Source: Camelus dromedarius
Taxonomy: Eukaryota
Assembly (NCBI RefSeq): GCF_036321535.1
Contig: NC_087437.1
Coordinates: 96,660,001 to 96,724,000, forward strand
DNA: 64,000 bases
Direction: 5' to 3'
Program-made: the position numbers and the translations under genes
Part shown: one piece after another, positions 13,878 through 26,515 of the stretch
Numbering within the stretch: the stretch's first letter is position 1
How the letters are laid out: each line of letters begins with the position of its first letter
Notes under the pieces: generated by a model
The model's database searches: none
What the model was told of the DNA's origin: nothing
What the model saw: the letters and a program-made list of their open reading frames with translations, nothing else

Positions 13878-14403
13878 TATAGCACTGCACATATTGTACC
13901 TTTAGATACAAATATGACCCCCTAAAATTGTCAACTGAAATTAGGAAGGAAAGACATGACTGCTAATAAACCTGGCTGGTCAGTCTATACCGCTAATAAA
14001 GAATGCTAACATATAAATTCTGATAACATATAAAGAGATGCATTTCATGTATATTTGTGTGAATTTATACTAACCACAAGCAAAGTGACTTCTCCTTTTA
14101 CACTTATGGTCCATTTTCCATAAGCCAGGTTTTAATATATTCAAATTTCCATTTATGAAAATTTAAGTGATGTGACAGAAACATAACAACAGAAACCTTT
14201 ATTTGAAAACAGTGAAAATACAAAGTTTGACATTCTTAAGTCTTTCCTCTCAAGATGAGGTAAAGAAAAATACAGCACTTTAAATACTCATGAAGGAACA
14301 ATTCCTTTGGTGGAAAAGAAACTATCATCTCACCCTGCCCTTAGGGACATTTATGCTGTGCTGAAATAACATTATTTCTTTAAAGGACAGAATTCATTAA
14401 ACC

Positions 14404-14469
14404 AACCTTCCTTCCTTCCTTCCTTCCTTCCTTCCTTCCTTCCTTCCTCCCTCCCTCCTTTCCTTCCTT
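14404..14469. repeat. (CCTT)n microsatellite
   Basis: Directly visible. Confidence 0.95.
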
Positions 14470-14995
14470 CATTTATAATGTTCCAGTGACTAATACACAT
14501 CATAGTAGTAACAAAAAACAATAAAGGAGGAAGGATTTCTCTAGGAAGGATTACTCTAAAAATTGGAGAGAAATACAAACTGATGAACTCACCCAGGGCT
14601 TGACAATTTTTTTTTAATTAAACTAGCTGTATGAGTTCTTCTGTCCTAAAGGAAACATCTGTCAGTGAACCAGCTGAACTAATAAACACCACAATGTGTT
14701 AAAAAAGAGTATGATTTGATTTGTTCAAAATATAATAAATACAAAGACCCTCTCAGGCATATAACTAATTGCTTTAGTAAATATTTGCAAGGAAACAAGA
14801 CATAAAAAAACATCTGTTGTCAACTACTTCTTTTATGCCCCAGAATTACTGTACAGGTGGAAGGGGTGTATTTTAAAATTGAACCTTAGAGAAAAGATAA
14901 AAGAATGTAAGTTAGAATGATACTGTGACACTTTAAAGATAGCCTTCCCAGGTGTGGAGAACAGAAAAAGCAATTACATCACATACTAATATTTG

Positions 14996-15157
14996 GGGTT
15001 TTGTTTTTTGGGGTTTTTTTTTTCAAATTTCATTTATTTTGGGGGGGTAGGTAATTATGTTTTTTTTACTTATATTTTTTAAAGGAGGTATGAGGGATTG
15101 AACCCAGGACCTCGTGCATGCTAAGCATGTGCTCTACCACTGGGCTATACTCTCCCC
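14996..15157 (-). mobile_element. tRNA-Ala-derived camelid SINE (vic-1 type)
   Basis: Reverse complement GGGGAGAGTATAGCCCAGTGGTAGAGCACATGCTTAGCATGCACGAGGTCCTGGGTTCAATCCC has A and B boxes, followed by an A-rich tail. 10-bp TSD ctaatatttg at 14986-14995 and 15158-15167. Confidence 0.85.
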
Positions 15158-16614
15158 CTAATATTTGTTAAAAAAAAAATAAAGTGTAAGTGAATATTTA
15201 TGCTACATCTAAACTTGAATCTGCATTTATAATTCATCAATGTTCACAGTACAAGTGCTAAAAATGAAATATTAACATTACCTGTTTCATGAGAATGCAT
15301 TCTTTGTACTACACAGGATTCTAATTTGTAATGTAAATGTCCTACACTTTTGTACTTGTATCAAGCACTATGTATCAAAAATGGTTATCAAAATATCCAC
15401 ATTTAAGTTTAAAATGCCTGATCTAGTTCAAAAACTTCGTTTACTCTCTTTCTTCATGTATATTTAGGGCATTATCCCCAACTAGGCATAAAGCCACATA
15501 AATCTGCATAATTTCACATTTAAGGAGAACACCATGCCCATAGGACAATTCTATCTGTTCACCCTCAGTGTGAGGGTCAAGCTGTGTAGTCCTCAGAAAG
15601 TAGCATTAAATAAGACAACTTAATAATGCACTAGGGAGGAAATCACTTAATATTCATGTTGACAGAAGAGAAGATTAATCACAGAGACTTCGTGCTCTCA
15701 AAGAGGACTCAAGAAGGCCCAAGGTTCCAGTTCCAGGAAAGTTGATTGCTTTAAAGTAGTTCACAGCAACCTTTTGATGAAATGCTAAGGTTTACTGCAA
15801 ATTGGCACTGGGTGACAAATGAGAGACCTTCCTTACTTTAACTTCAAATTAATCATATTGTCCCATTGATCTTTGTTTTCTGTAATGTGTTTCCCACAAC
15901 CTTTTCTCCTCTTTGGAATGGAAAAGCAATCTTTTTAGTGAATTTTAAACAATTATAAGGAATATTCCCTCTCATGTTTACTTCACCCTACCGGTGATTT
16001 CAGAAACCGCATGCTTTTTTTCTCTCAGCAAACATAAACGTGTTCCTCTCACTCTACTCACTTTTTATGACAAAGTAAGCATTAGAAAAATAATGGTCAA
16101 TGTTTACCTGCTATTCAGAATGCAGAGTTAAAAGCATTCAACCTGTTAAAGACTATTTTTAATGACAGTGATTGAATATAATTACAACCCCTTTCCCTTG
16201 AGCAGTTTATTAACCCTCTTTGGATTAAATACTTGTTTGCTGTAATTTATAAAGGGCAATTGTTTTCTTATCTATTAAGCATTTTCCTCAAAATCTACCT
16301 ACAAAACCACTCAAAAGCTGCAATATTACAAACATAATACAGGCTTAGCTGATTCATTTCCTATTCATGTGTTTTAAATGATTCCCTTTGGACTTCTGGT
16401 AATCATTGCATTGAACTAAATCATGATGGCCTAACAGTTCTTCTATGAGGAAAAAAAATGACTTTACTCTGTTATATTTATAGTAAATAAATAAATAAAT
16501 AAATATGCAATCCTGAATTTAAATAAAAACAGATTAATGTGGGAAACAGACTCAAAGTACAGAAACTTTAGGGATGATGAATGTTTACAATCTCTACTAC
16601 AAAATAAACATATA

Positions 16615-17300
16615 ATATATTCATTCACAAATATATGAGTACTTAATACCAGCTGGCACTGGTTGTATACTAATGAACAAAACAGAGACATGCAGGTTGC
16701 TATCTGGTTGTATATAGTATATACATATATATTTTTTAATTGCGTAAAATACTATAAAGAAGGATATAGCAAGAAGAACTAATTTGGATTACTGGGCAAG
16801 AAGGTCTTCTCTAAATAAGTGCCTCTTAAGCAGAGTCCTGAAAGACAAATGGAGTTAGCCAAAGTAAGAACAGGAAAAGAACATTCCTGGCAGAGTATCC
16901 AACATAGGCAGGCTCTAAAATAGGATGACCTTGGTATGTTCTAGAAACTGAAATAACATCAATGTAGCTAGAATATATGGTAAGGGAAAGAATAGTGGAA
17001 TAAAATTTTAAAAGTAGGTAGTGAGGCCAAGATTACATAGGAACTTACAAAACCATATCAGTGATTACAATCCTGTAATAAGTACAACAGAAACCATAGA
17101 GGTATTTTAAACGTCTCATGAAACTAACATCATCTGTTTCACATTTTCAAAAACCACACTGTCTTCTCTCAGAAGAGCCCAGGAAGATATTGGAATAACC
17201 CAGATAAGAGATGGTGGTGAACTGCAACAATGAGGAGAAGCAAGTAGATTTTTTATTTATATAGGAGGCAAAATCAGCAGAACATAGCTCAGCTGCATGG
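16615..17300 (-). mobile_element. L2 LINE fragment
   Basis: tcattcacaaatatatgagtac (L2 3' end in reverse), ggaaaagaacattcctggcagag, ggaggcaaaatcagcagaac. Confidence 0.7.
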
Positions 17301-18489
17301 TAGCAAGGAAAGTTCTGAGTGTTCAATCCTTTTAACACAGGAAGCTGATGATTTCCTAATCACTTTTTAAATGGCCTGGAAACACCCTGAAACAGGCAGG
17401 AAGATAGCAAGGCCTCACAGGAGGGAGTATCCAGATATGCTACCAACCCCAGCCTTCAACTCAAATGGACTCTGCCAGGGACTCTCCATGCCCCTTGGGC
17501 AAGCTGCTTAATGACCATGCTTTCCAAAACACCATCACTCATTTCAAAGCAGTGAGAGGATAAACAATGGATGAACGAATCCATTTTATTTTTCATTTAT
17601 GAATCTTGCAAGTGGGAAAGGAGGTGCTTTTCTTATTTCCAGGCAAAAAGCCTAGGCTAGCAAGTTTTAGGTAGCTTCACAAGTATCAATCATACAAAAA
17701 TCATAAGGGACATTTACACTAAAACTACTGGCTTTATTTTCATTTCATCTTATTTTAAGTTTACTGACATATTTTTACTGAATGAACAGCTGTTTCTAAA
17801 AAGTAAGTTTTCTGGTCTGGAAACTTGCTCATAAACTGGATTTTATGGAAAAAGAATAGCTCTAGTTTAGAAGGAGATACATGTCACCTTAGAAAGAGAA
17901 GATTCTGCACAGAATCTTTCCTCAGGAGAATGATGATAGAATAGGCAACAGTGTTTGCCCCTAGAGTAGAGACTGGGAGACAGGACTAGGTGGGAGATTC
18001 TCCTTTCACAGTATAACCTTTTGAACTGTCGAAAGATTTACAATCTGCTTGTACTATTATAAATAAATAAGCAAACAAACAATGAGAAAACCACCCATGA
18101 TTTCTCCTCACTCTGTAACACACCACTCATGAACATTTTGGTTTACATTCAGTGCACCATCATATCTGTCAAACTTGGTCCCACTTTTTTCTATTTGTGC
18201 TGAGCACCTGGTATCCCTCTCCACAAGGTCCAAACAAGAATCTCCCTGTTTCCAGTCTTACTGCATTACAGCCATCCCCTATGCAACAGCCAAAGACACC
18301 TCTCAAAAATATAAATAAATTATGCTACTTCTGTGCCTAGAATCATCCAAGGAATTTTCTTTATATTTAAAATAAAATCCAGACTCCTCACCAGGATTCA
18401 CGGTATCCTGCATATCCCATCCCTTGTCTTCTCTGCCATCTTTTGGTACCACCCATCCTCTTTGCTGACAACTCTCTAGGTATATCAGC

Positions 18490-19362
18490 TATAGCAGGCT
18501 GACTAATGTTTGTTCTCCAAAATTTATGGCCACCCAGAACCCCAAGATGTGACCTTGGAAGTAGGGTCTTTGCAGAAGTAATTAAGGTAAGGATGGAGAT
18601 ACGGTCACGCTGGATTACAGTGGTCTCTAAAACCAATGAGAATGTCCCTATAAGCGATAGAAAAAGACACACAGAGACAGAAGGGAGAAAGAAGTCCACG
18701 TAAAGATGGAGGCAGAGATTGGAGTTATGCTGCTATAAACCAAAATATATGTCGGTGGGGCCTCTGAAAGCTGGAAGAGGCAAGGAATATGTATTAGTTT
18801 CCTAGGGCTATTTTAATAAAATATAACAAACAGGGTGGCTTAAATAACAGAAATATATAATCTCATAGATCTGGAGGCTCAAAGTCCAAATCCAAGATAT
18901 TAGTAGGATTGATTCCTTCTGCAGGCTACAAAAATGAATCTGTTCCTGGTCTCTCCTAGCTTCTGGTGGTTTGCTGGCAATCTTTGGCAATCTTTGGCTT
19001 GTAAATTACTCCAATCTCAGCCTTCATCTTCACGTAGATTCTCCCTGTATCTCTGTGTCTGAATTTCCCCTTTTTATAAGGACACTAGTCATACTGGATT
19101 AGGACCACCTTACTGACCTCATTTTAATTTAACTATGTATGGAAAGACCCTGTCCCCAAAAAAAGATTACATTCTGAAGTACTGGGACTTAGGACTTCAA
19201 CAAATCTTTTTAGACAAATGAAGCCATATGAGAAGGATTCTTCCTACACCTTGATTTTGGACTTCTGGCCCCCTATGAGAACTATGAGAGAATAAACTTC
19301 TAATGTTTTTAAACCAGGAAATGTGTGGTCATTTATCACGTCAGCCCTAAGAGGCTAATACA
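18490..19362 (+). mobile_element. MLT1 (ERVL-MaLR) LTR, split by a second MLT1
   Basis: gatgtgaccttggaagtagggtctttgcaga...gctggaagaggcaaggaa, then resumes with aggattct...accttgattttggacttctggcc...ctaataca. Confidence 0.8.
18790..19232 (-). mobile_element. MLT1 (ERVL-MaLR) LTR inserted in opposite orientation
   Basis: tgtattagtttcctagggct...ggcttaaataacagaaat...tataaggacactagtcatactggattagg is MLT1B/C-like reverse strand. Confidence 0.8.
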
Positions 19363-20029
19363 CCAGTTTCCCTCTCTGGTTCTTAAGCACAAGTTATTTT
19401 CCACTTGAGAGGCTTTGCATGGGTCCTTCCCTCCCCTGGAATGCTTTTCCTGCAGATCTTTACAAGGCTGGTCCTTACACAGGTCTTAGCTCAAACATTT
19501 CCTACTTATAAGATGTCCCCCTGATGACTCTACTTAAGAATGGCTGGCCTGCCTGGCACAGTCATACATTATATCCTCACAACACTGATTTGTCTTTAAA
19601 AAATTATCTAACAACTGATCTGACTGCTTGCATATCATCACTCTCCACATCAAGGACTCCAGCTTGTTACCTCTAGAAGAGCAGGCCTTGGTCTGTGCTG
19701 CTCACAACTCTAACCCCAGTGCCTGAAAGAGTGTTTGAAACAAAGGAGGTTTCAATGCATATTTGCTGAATCAATGAGGAAATAAGAAAGGCATTCAATG
19801 TAACCACTTCCAGACATTTGGACCAAGGGTTTAAACAGCCTATGGATGAATAATTAAAGTATTAGAAACTACTGACACATACAGAAAAAAGAACCCATTA
19901 TAATAGTATAATTTTAATAGTATATTCTTTTTTTCCCACGTTGAATCAACATATGTTTCAATAAAAATTCCACCTACTGCTCTTAACTCCAGCTTTATCC
20001 TTTTGTATTAAATATTATGAAACTAATCA

Positions 20030-21100
20030 TTTTCCCATGTGAGAGCATATATTTAAAGATGACTGTGATCCCCATCAACTCCTTTTTCTAGTAGAGCACC
20101 ATCATTCTTTCAACCATTTCTCATATGTTTTAAAACCCATCTCAGCCCTCTTCCGCTCTCTCCTAAGTGATCTCCTTAAAGAAATTCCAGTTTGTCTATT
20201 TCTGTCCTAAAATTTAGCACTTTCCTATATGGTCTAAGAACACACACTAGAGTACAAGGATTACCCCCTTTTATTTTAAGTCAAAGATCAACAAACATTT
20301 TTAAAGAGCAAGACAGTTTAATATTTTAGGGTTTGTGAGTCATACCCTGTCTGTCACAGCTACTCTACTCTCCCTTTGTAGCAGGAAAGTGGCTATGGAC
20401 TGTATGTAAATAAATGAGGACATCCAGGTTCCAGGGAAACTTTATTTGTGGACAAGAAAATCAGATTGAATAAAATGTTCACATATCACAAAATATTATT
20501 CTAGCCTTGATTTTTATTCAACTATTTCAAAATGTTTTAAAAAAAGAAAAGAAATATTAGTTTGTGGATCACACAAAAACAAGTTGCAGGCCAAATCTGG
20601 CCCACAGGCAGCAGGGTGCCCACCTCTCTTTCAGATCATATGTTCTACAGCAAAGCCAGGGAAAACACCAGCCTGTGGGAGTGGGCTGTATATCATACTG
20701 TGGAAATTATATTGAACTTAACATCCACAAGAACACTGAAGTCTCTATTCACATAGTCTACTTCCAATTCCACTTTCTCCATGCTGTTTTGATGCCATGC
20801 ATCTTCTACAAATGAATAATGTGTTTAAATTATATTTTCAAGATATGTTTCTCTTTAGAGTGAATATTAAATGGGACTGTTAAGTGACTGGTTGTTAGGA
20901 GGTTTTGGATATTAGCAACGGGAAAAAAATGATCATGCTTTATTCTGTAAAAATGTTCATCTAAACAAAGATTATTCTCAATAGGGTGATTTGTTTATTC
21001 TCATTTTAAAACATCAAAACAAGATGGCTTCTACTGCTTCCCTTGGGAAATGATGGCACAGCAGAAGGAAACATCTTTGCAAATGCTGTCTTAATTTTAT
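20030..21100 (-). mobile_element. Degenerate CR1/L3 LINE fragments
   Basis: ttctttcaaccatttctcatatg, ccagtttgtctat, ttctactgcttcccttggga resemble L3 antisense text. Confidence 0.4.
20281..20628 (+). mobile_element. hAT-Charlie MER58B-like element
   Basis: aatattttagggtttgtgag...aaactttatttgtggaca...ggccaaatctggcccacaggc. Confidence 0.75.
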
Positions 21101-24100
21101 TCTTTGTTTCCAACACATTAAGACTGACAGCTTTCTCTCATCACAAAAATATGTTTTCTCATATCAAATTAAGGTTCACACCCTTAGCATAAATATCACC
21201 CAAGAAGCCTGTGTATCTCCAATCATGAAAGGGAAGTAGATCTTCAAAAATAAGACAGCCTATTCCATCTAGCTATAACTTTAAAACAACAACAAAGGTT
21301 AATGGTGTCTTTTTGGAAAATGTTGCAAATATACACTTATAATTAGTTTGAGAACAACTAAAAAGGTACTAAGAACAAAAAAGGAAAAAAAAACCATAAA
21401 GAGATACACAAAGCAAAGATTTAGGCATAATGGTTTCACGTTGAAGAATGATCTTAAACAGGTCTACCATGTAAGAATTAGTATTGATGATTTGAAAAAA
21501 CAATATATGAAGTAGTCCCTGATAAAATGAAAAAGAAAAAAAAATGTTCTGAAGCATCATTTACATCCTCTTTAAAAACTGAGACAACCTGGTAACTGTG
21601 AATGGAAACATGACATGTAGAATTAATTCCCAGGAATTAATTACTAACAGCAATTTTGATTTTCACATCTACTTCCTAACCTAAAGGTCTATATCCTCTG
21701 AGGCTAATGATGTCAGTAAAGAACAGATGCCTTTCATCAAAAAATTTATGAAAAGAAGGAACAAATTTAGCACTGGGTCTATGCCAAGTATGGTGCCAGT
21801 TGTCTTCATCTTGGTTAATGGTCTCAAAAAAATCCCATGACATCTTCAGCAATCTTTTTAGTCTGTTACTTATATCCAACTCAAAAGCAGTTTTAGAGAT
21901 ATATGTATCAATTCTTTTTAATTTATTATATATAGATAAAATTCTTCCTTTTTGCACTCACAGTTGCCCTGTTGTTAAATAAAGATAATGAAAATATTCA
22001 GTACAAGCAGTAGAAAAATTGAAAATCTGAGAATAAGCAAAACTGAGACTTACTGAGTACACCATTCAACTGACGGGAGCACTAGTGTCAGCCACACTGG
22101 GAAAGACCCTATGAGTTGTGTGTGTTTGAAAGGACTCTGGCTTCAGTCAGTATGATTTGCAAAGGGAATGCTGGCTTTCGTTAATCCATTACTACAACTT
22201 TGGCAGTCGCTAATAATGAAGCAGAGACAATGCTTAAAATCTTTGGAAAAGTTGCTAAGACCTATCAATAACTGTTTTGTGTTTTTGTTTTGTGCTATGT
22301 GTTTATGTATGTGCATGTGTGTGTCATGGGAGTATGGGAGGAGGGAAGAGGTTCTTTTTCTTAAAATTATATTTAAACCAAAAGCAAATGAAGAGTTTAA
22401 AACTTTATAATTCAAATATGAGTGTTAATTTTTAAAACTGCAAGGATACCAAAGGTTGGTTTGTTGATTTTGAGTAAACAGGTGGATAAATGGGGGTAAC
22501 TATTCTATGTTTCAATATAATCTTCAATACTCAGCACTAAGTAAACATTCCTTAAAAATTCTTTAGGTTGCTTGCTTGTACTATCAAAAACTGTTAAAAA
22601 AATAAAAACAACCATTTCCCCCCAAATCTAGATTGATTATATAACTGAAACATGGACATCTTTAACATTAATGTATACATTTCTACACGTTTACTTATTT
22701 TCTGCATTCTTAGTACTTGAGTTTATTGGACACACATTGTTATATGATTTATAGGGTGAGACTGTACATAATCTTTTCTGGCTAAGTTTTTTTTCAAATT
22801 GACATACTATTAATACATATGATAAATTTTTGAGAAATTATATAGATTATTTATTATTAATGGAGGAATCTATGGAACAAAGAGCTGATTTTGAAACCAT
22901 TTTTCCTACCTCCAGTTAATATTATCAGAATTCATACTGCCAAGTATCTCCTTCAACACCTAATATCATAGCTATGCATTTAAATTTTAAATTTTATAAT
23001 AAATATGAATAATTAACAAGTCATTAGAATATAAAAACAATCTATTTTTCTCTATTGAGTGAAGACAGTTAGAAAACTACTAATAAGATCATAAAGGTGA
23101 CCTCTTCAAAATTCTTTCAATTTTTTATCATGTCATTTCCCAAGGGTGTTCTCGTCTTAGTAAATGTATCAAATTGTTATTGTGCTGTTATCAATTACCA
23201 AATTGATTATGATGAGACATAATTCTCCCTTTTCAAAAAATAACAGACTATTCTAGGCCATTTTTACAGATTTTGTAAAGAAATCCATGATCTAGACAGG
23301 AATCTTCCTTTGTAGTAAGAAATAGCTTCAGCTTCATTGCCAAGAAAATCCTAAGAGAATGCCAATTATGCCAATTTTACAAAAACAGATGTATGGTGAT
23401 TCTGTGATATGGACTATTTTACACAAGGGACAGAGGCCAAATCATTCATCTCAATTTACTTAGGACCCAAGGCTTAATTTGAACTCTGACCTCAGAGTGG
23501 AAAGGTCATTTGTATATCCAATAGTGCACCAGGCACTATTTTCAAAAAGGAACATATATATATTTACCTTCATATTCTATTAATTTTTCAATTAATTTTG
23601 CAAACAGTGACATCACTTCACTATTTTAATTATTTCCTAATATTAACCAATTCTAAGAAATGTTTAAAATTTGGGCCATTGCTAAGGTAACAAAGTGTTT
23701 AATCAATAGTATGCATGATGGCCATTGATTGAAACTCCTCATTTAAGGTGCTCTCAATCTTGATCACCAATAGTCAAATGACACCTGACTAAAGATTGCT
23801 AAGAATCTTGTTACTCGCTGACTTTAATGGAATTTTGAAAATAGGTCATAGGAATGACAGGTAATTGGGTTTAAATGAAAATACAAAGGTAAACAATGAG
23901 CTATTTTTCACAATTAATTTTGAGCAAAGTATTTGCTTGGTGATTCGTTTCTTACAATGAAAAAAAGTAAGTGTATTTCCATAAAAATGAGCTGCAACTT
24001 TTGCTGACCAACCTGTATATACTAAGAACACAACCATTTCTAAGTATCCTGTTTATAACATTTTCTCTTCAACATGTGATTTATTGCCCTACTCCTTCCC

Positions 24101-25714
24101 AGGGAGCTTCTGAGAATTAATGACATAACTGCCAAGTGCCTGAAGCTCCTTAGGGAAAGAGTGCGATAATATTACTAAATATTACTGTGATTATTATTAT
24201 TTTATATATAGCCTCACAAATGTTTTTTTCCCTAAATAAATTTGGTGGCTTTGATTAAGCTAGACCTACACTGCATTTAAATCATTGAATTAAAATACTT
24301 TGTGAGCACCCCTGCCTCTCAAATCTGGGAGACACATAATTCTAGTCCCTTTCCAGAAACCCATTTCTTAACGGAAGCATTAATGCTATCAAGACTTCCA
24401 TATCCCCCTAGTGGTCATCAAACTTGCAGAAAAATGAGAAATGAGAATATCAGGAAATAACTATTGAAAATATTTTATCATTGAAAATAATTTACCCTCC
24501 CTTGTTGTCCAGGAGACAAAAGCAAAATACTTGAGTGAAAAAGCAAAAATCATCATTATATAAACTGTGATATTTCTGATTCAAGAACTTAAACATCCCA
24601 AATGTTTAAAATGCTACAAAATTCTATACTTTTTACTATGGAATGAAATATGCTTGTATTATATTTTGAAATATCACTAGTATTCAACTATTAATTTTAT
24701 TAAAATATGTATAATATAATTGCAATTTATATACAAATATTTTTACTACACATTTTTCATATGCTTGTATTTTGTTTCACAAACTCTTATAAATGAATCT
24801 TTATACTTTAATCTCCTTTCTTTGAAAGGAATAAACTGACATAATTTAATACATTCTCCTTTTAAGGTAACTTTTAAATAAAGTCAACTTGTTACAACAA
24901 AAACCATGAAAATTAATGAAAAAAATGAACCCAGGCATTTTCCTTTCTGACAGTAAATAACAGAAAGCTTAGTAGTAGTAATAAAAGCATATTAATTTTT
25001 CTGTAGGCTTTTAAGTTAACATGAAGAAAACAAGTTTGCCCTTCCATCCAGGTAAGTAACCTAACAACTACAACACAAAGTATGTATTACGAATATTCCT
25101 AAAGGAGAAATTGGATTTATTCACACAAATATAGAAAGGAGATAGCCCAACCTAATTTAGAAAATATAAACTGTGTTTATGTTTATCACCATAAAATGAT
25201 GAATAGATCATTTTTAATTTGTACACACTATTGATGAATTCAGCAAAACCACAGGAAAAGAGCAGTTTTTGCTGAGTCTAGAATAACTAAGGACAAAGAA
25301 TGAAGTGGACCGTTTTCATTTAACTCAACAAATATTTATTGAACACTTTTTATGTGTCGTTCTCTGCTAACCCACAACAAGTAATATCAAGGAGGAGACA
25401 GCTCCTGACATGAAGTAGCCTAACATAAGTGTGATTCATAAAGCTTATACATAAAATATTGCAATTCAATAATACATAATCGAAGGAGATAAAGAAAGAG
25501 TGATGGGATAGGAGATCCTGTCAGCCATTATTTGCTTCCCTGATTACAGGATATGCTTGAAACTTGTTTGTTTAGTTATTTTGGCCAAACTTCTAGGTAT
25601 CTCTCTAAAGCATCCCCTCATCACTCACTTTGCTCTAGTCTCTCCAATCTTCTAGTTCCTTGGCAACCTCCTCCTGTGTTATTCCTTACCATCTTCTCAC
25701 TGTCAATCCCAGAC

Positions 25715-25815
25715 GCATGTCAACAATCATGAGAGAACTTTTAGAAAACAGATACCCAGACTGCTCTCCCAGCCTTTTTAATGCAACTGGTCTGGGATGG
25801 GGGCTGGGCAATGCT
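25715..25815. mobile_element. MER5-like hAT fragment
   Basis: gaactttt..aaaacagatacccagact..ggtctgggatgggggctgggca. Confidence 0.45.
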
Positions 25816-26099
25816 TCTAGCTGAATCTTATTCTGAACTCAGCCCAAGGTATCCTCTTTGGAATCCTTTCAAATCCCTCGCCGCCCCCCCGCCCCCCAGT
25901 AGAATGGATTTGGTTCATTGCGTTTTTATACCCTCCTGAGACCACCTCCAAGCTAACAGCTAACCACATTCTACTGTATTCAGATTTACCACTGGACCTC
26001 TTCTACCAGCCTGGAAATCCCCTTAGGAGCAAAACAACCCTTCCCATTTTCTTCCTATTGTCTTGGGATAAAATTTAGAATCCATACGTACATAAATCT

Positions 26100-26515
26100 G
26101 CACCATCCAGTCCAGCCTTCCTCTACCTTTCCTTTGCTCACAACTTTCTCTTCGACTTTTCTTCTACATTTTCAAAGCTGACAAGTTCTCCTCTCCAGCC
26201 CTCTTCAGGACCTTGTCTCAGTCTGAAATGCAATTCCCAAGTCCCCCTCTCCCCCATCTCTAATCCCACAGGCCTCAGCATAAATATTACTTCCCCAAAG
26301 AGGCCTTCAAGCCCAACAAACTAAATTCTGTAAATTTTTTCATCTCTTTGTGACATTCTGTACTTTATAATACTTAAATTCAATTGTAAGTACAAACATA
26401 CTCAATGTAATTATCTATCTTTCCCACTAAACTGAAAGGTCCCCCACACTATCTTAAGCACCCAGCACAATGCAAATGCCCAGTATTTTTTTTAAGGAAA
26501 TAATGAATAAATGTG
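26100..26515 (+). mobile_element. L2 3' fragment
   Basis: ggcctcagcataaatattacttccccaaagaggcctt...cccactaaactgaaag...gcacccagcacaatg...aatgaataaatg. Confidence 0.6.

Larger units (their letters stand above)
18150..19780 (+). mobile_element. L2 fragment interrupted by MLT1 elements
   Basis: L2-like text on both sides (aaataaaatccagactcctcacca; ttccctcccctggaatgctttt...atatttgctgaatcaatga). Confidence 0.7.

Noticed and set aside
15080..15157. tRNA-Ala gene
   Set aside because: Followed by a SINE tail and flanked by a TSD, with imperfect stems; it is a SINE head.
21676..21957. 93-aa minus-strand ORF as a ROBO2 exon
   Set aside because: No Ig or FN3 similarity and no convincing splice sites; adjacent to decayed CR1-like sequence.
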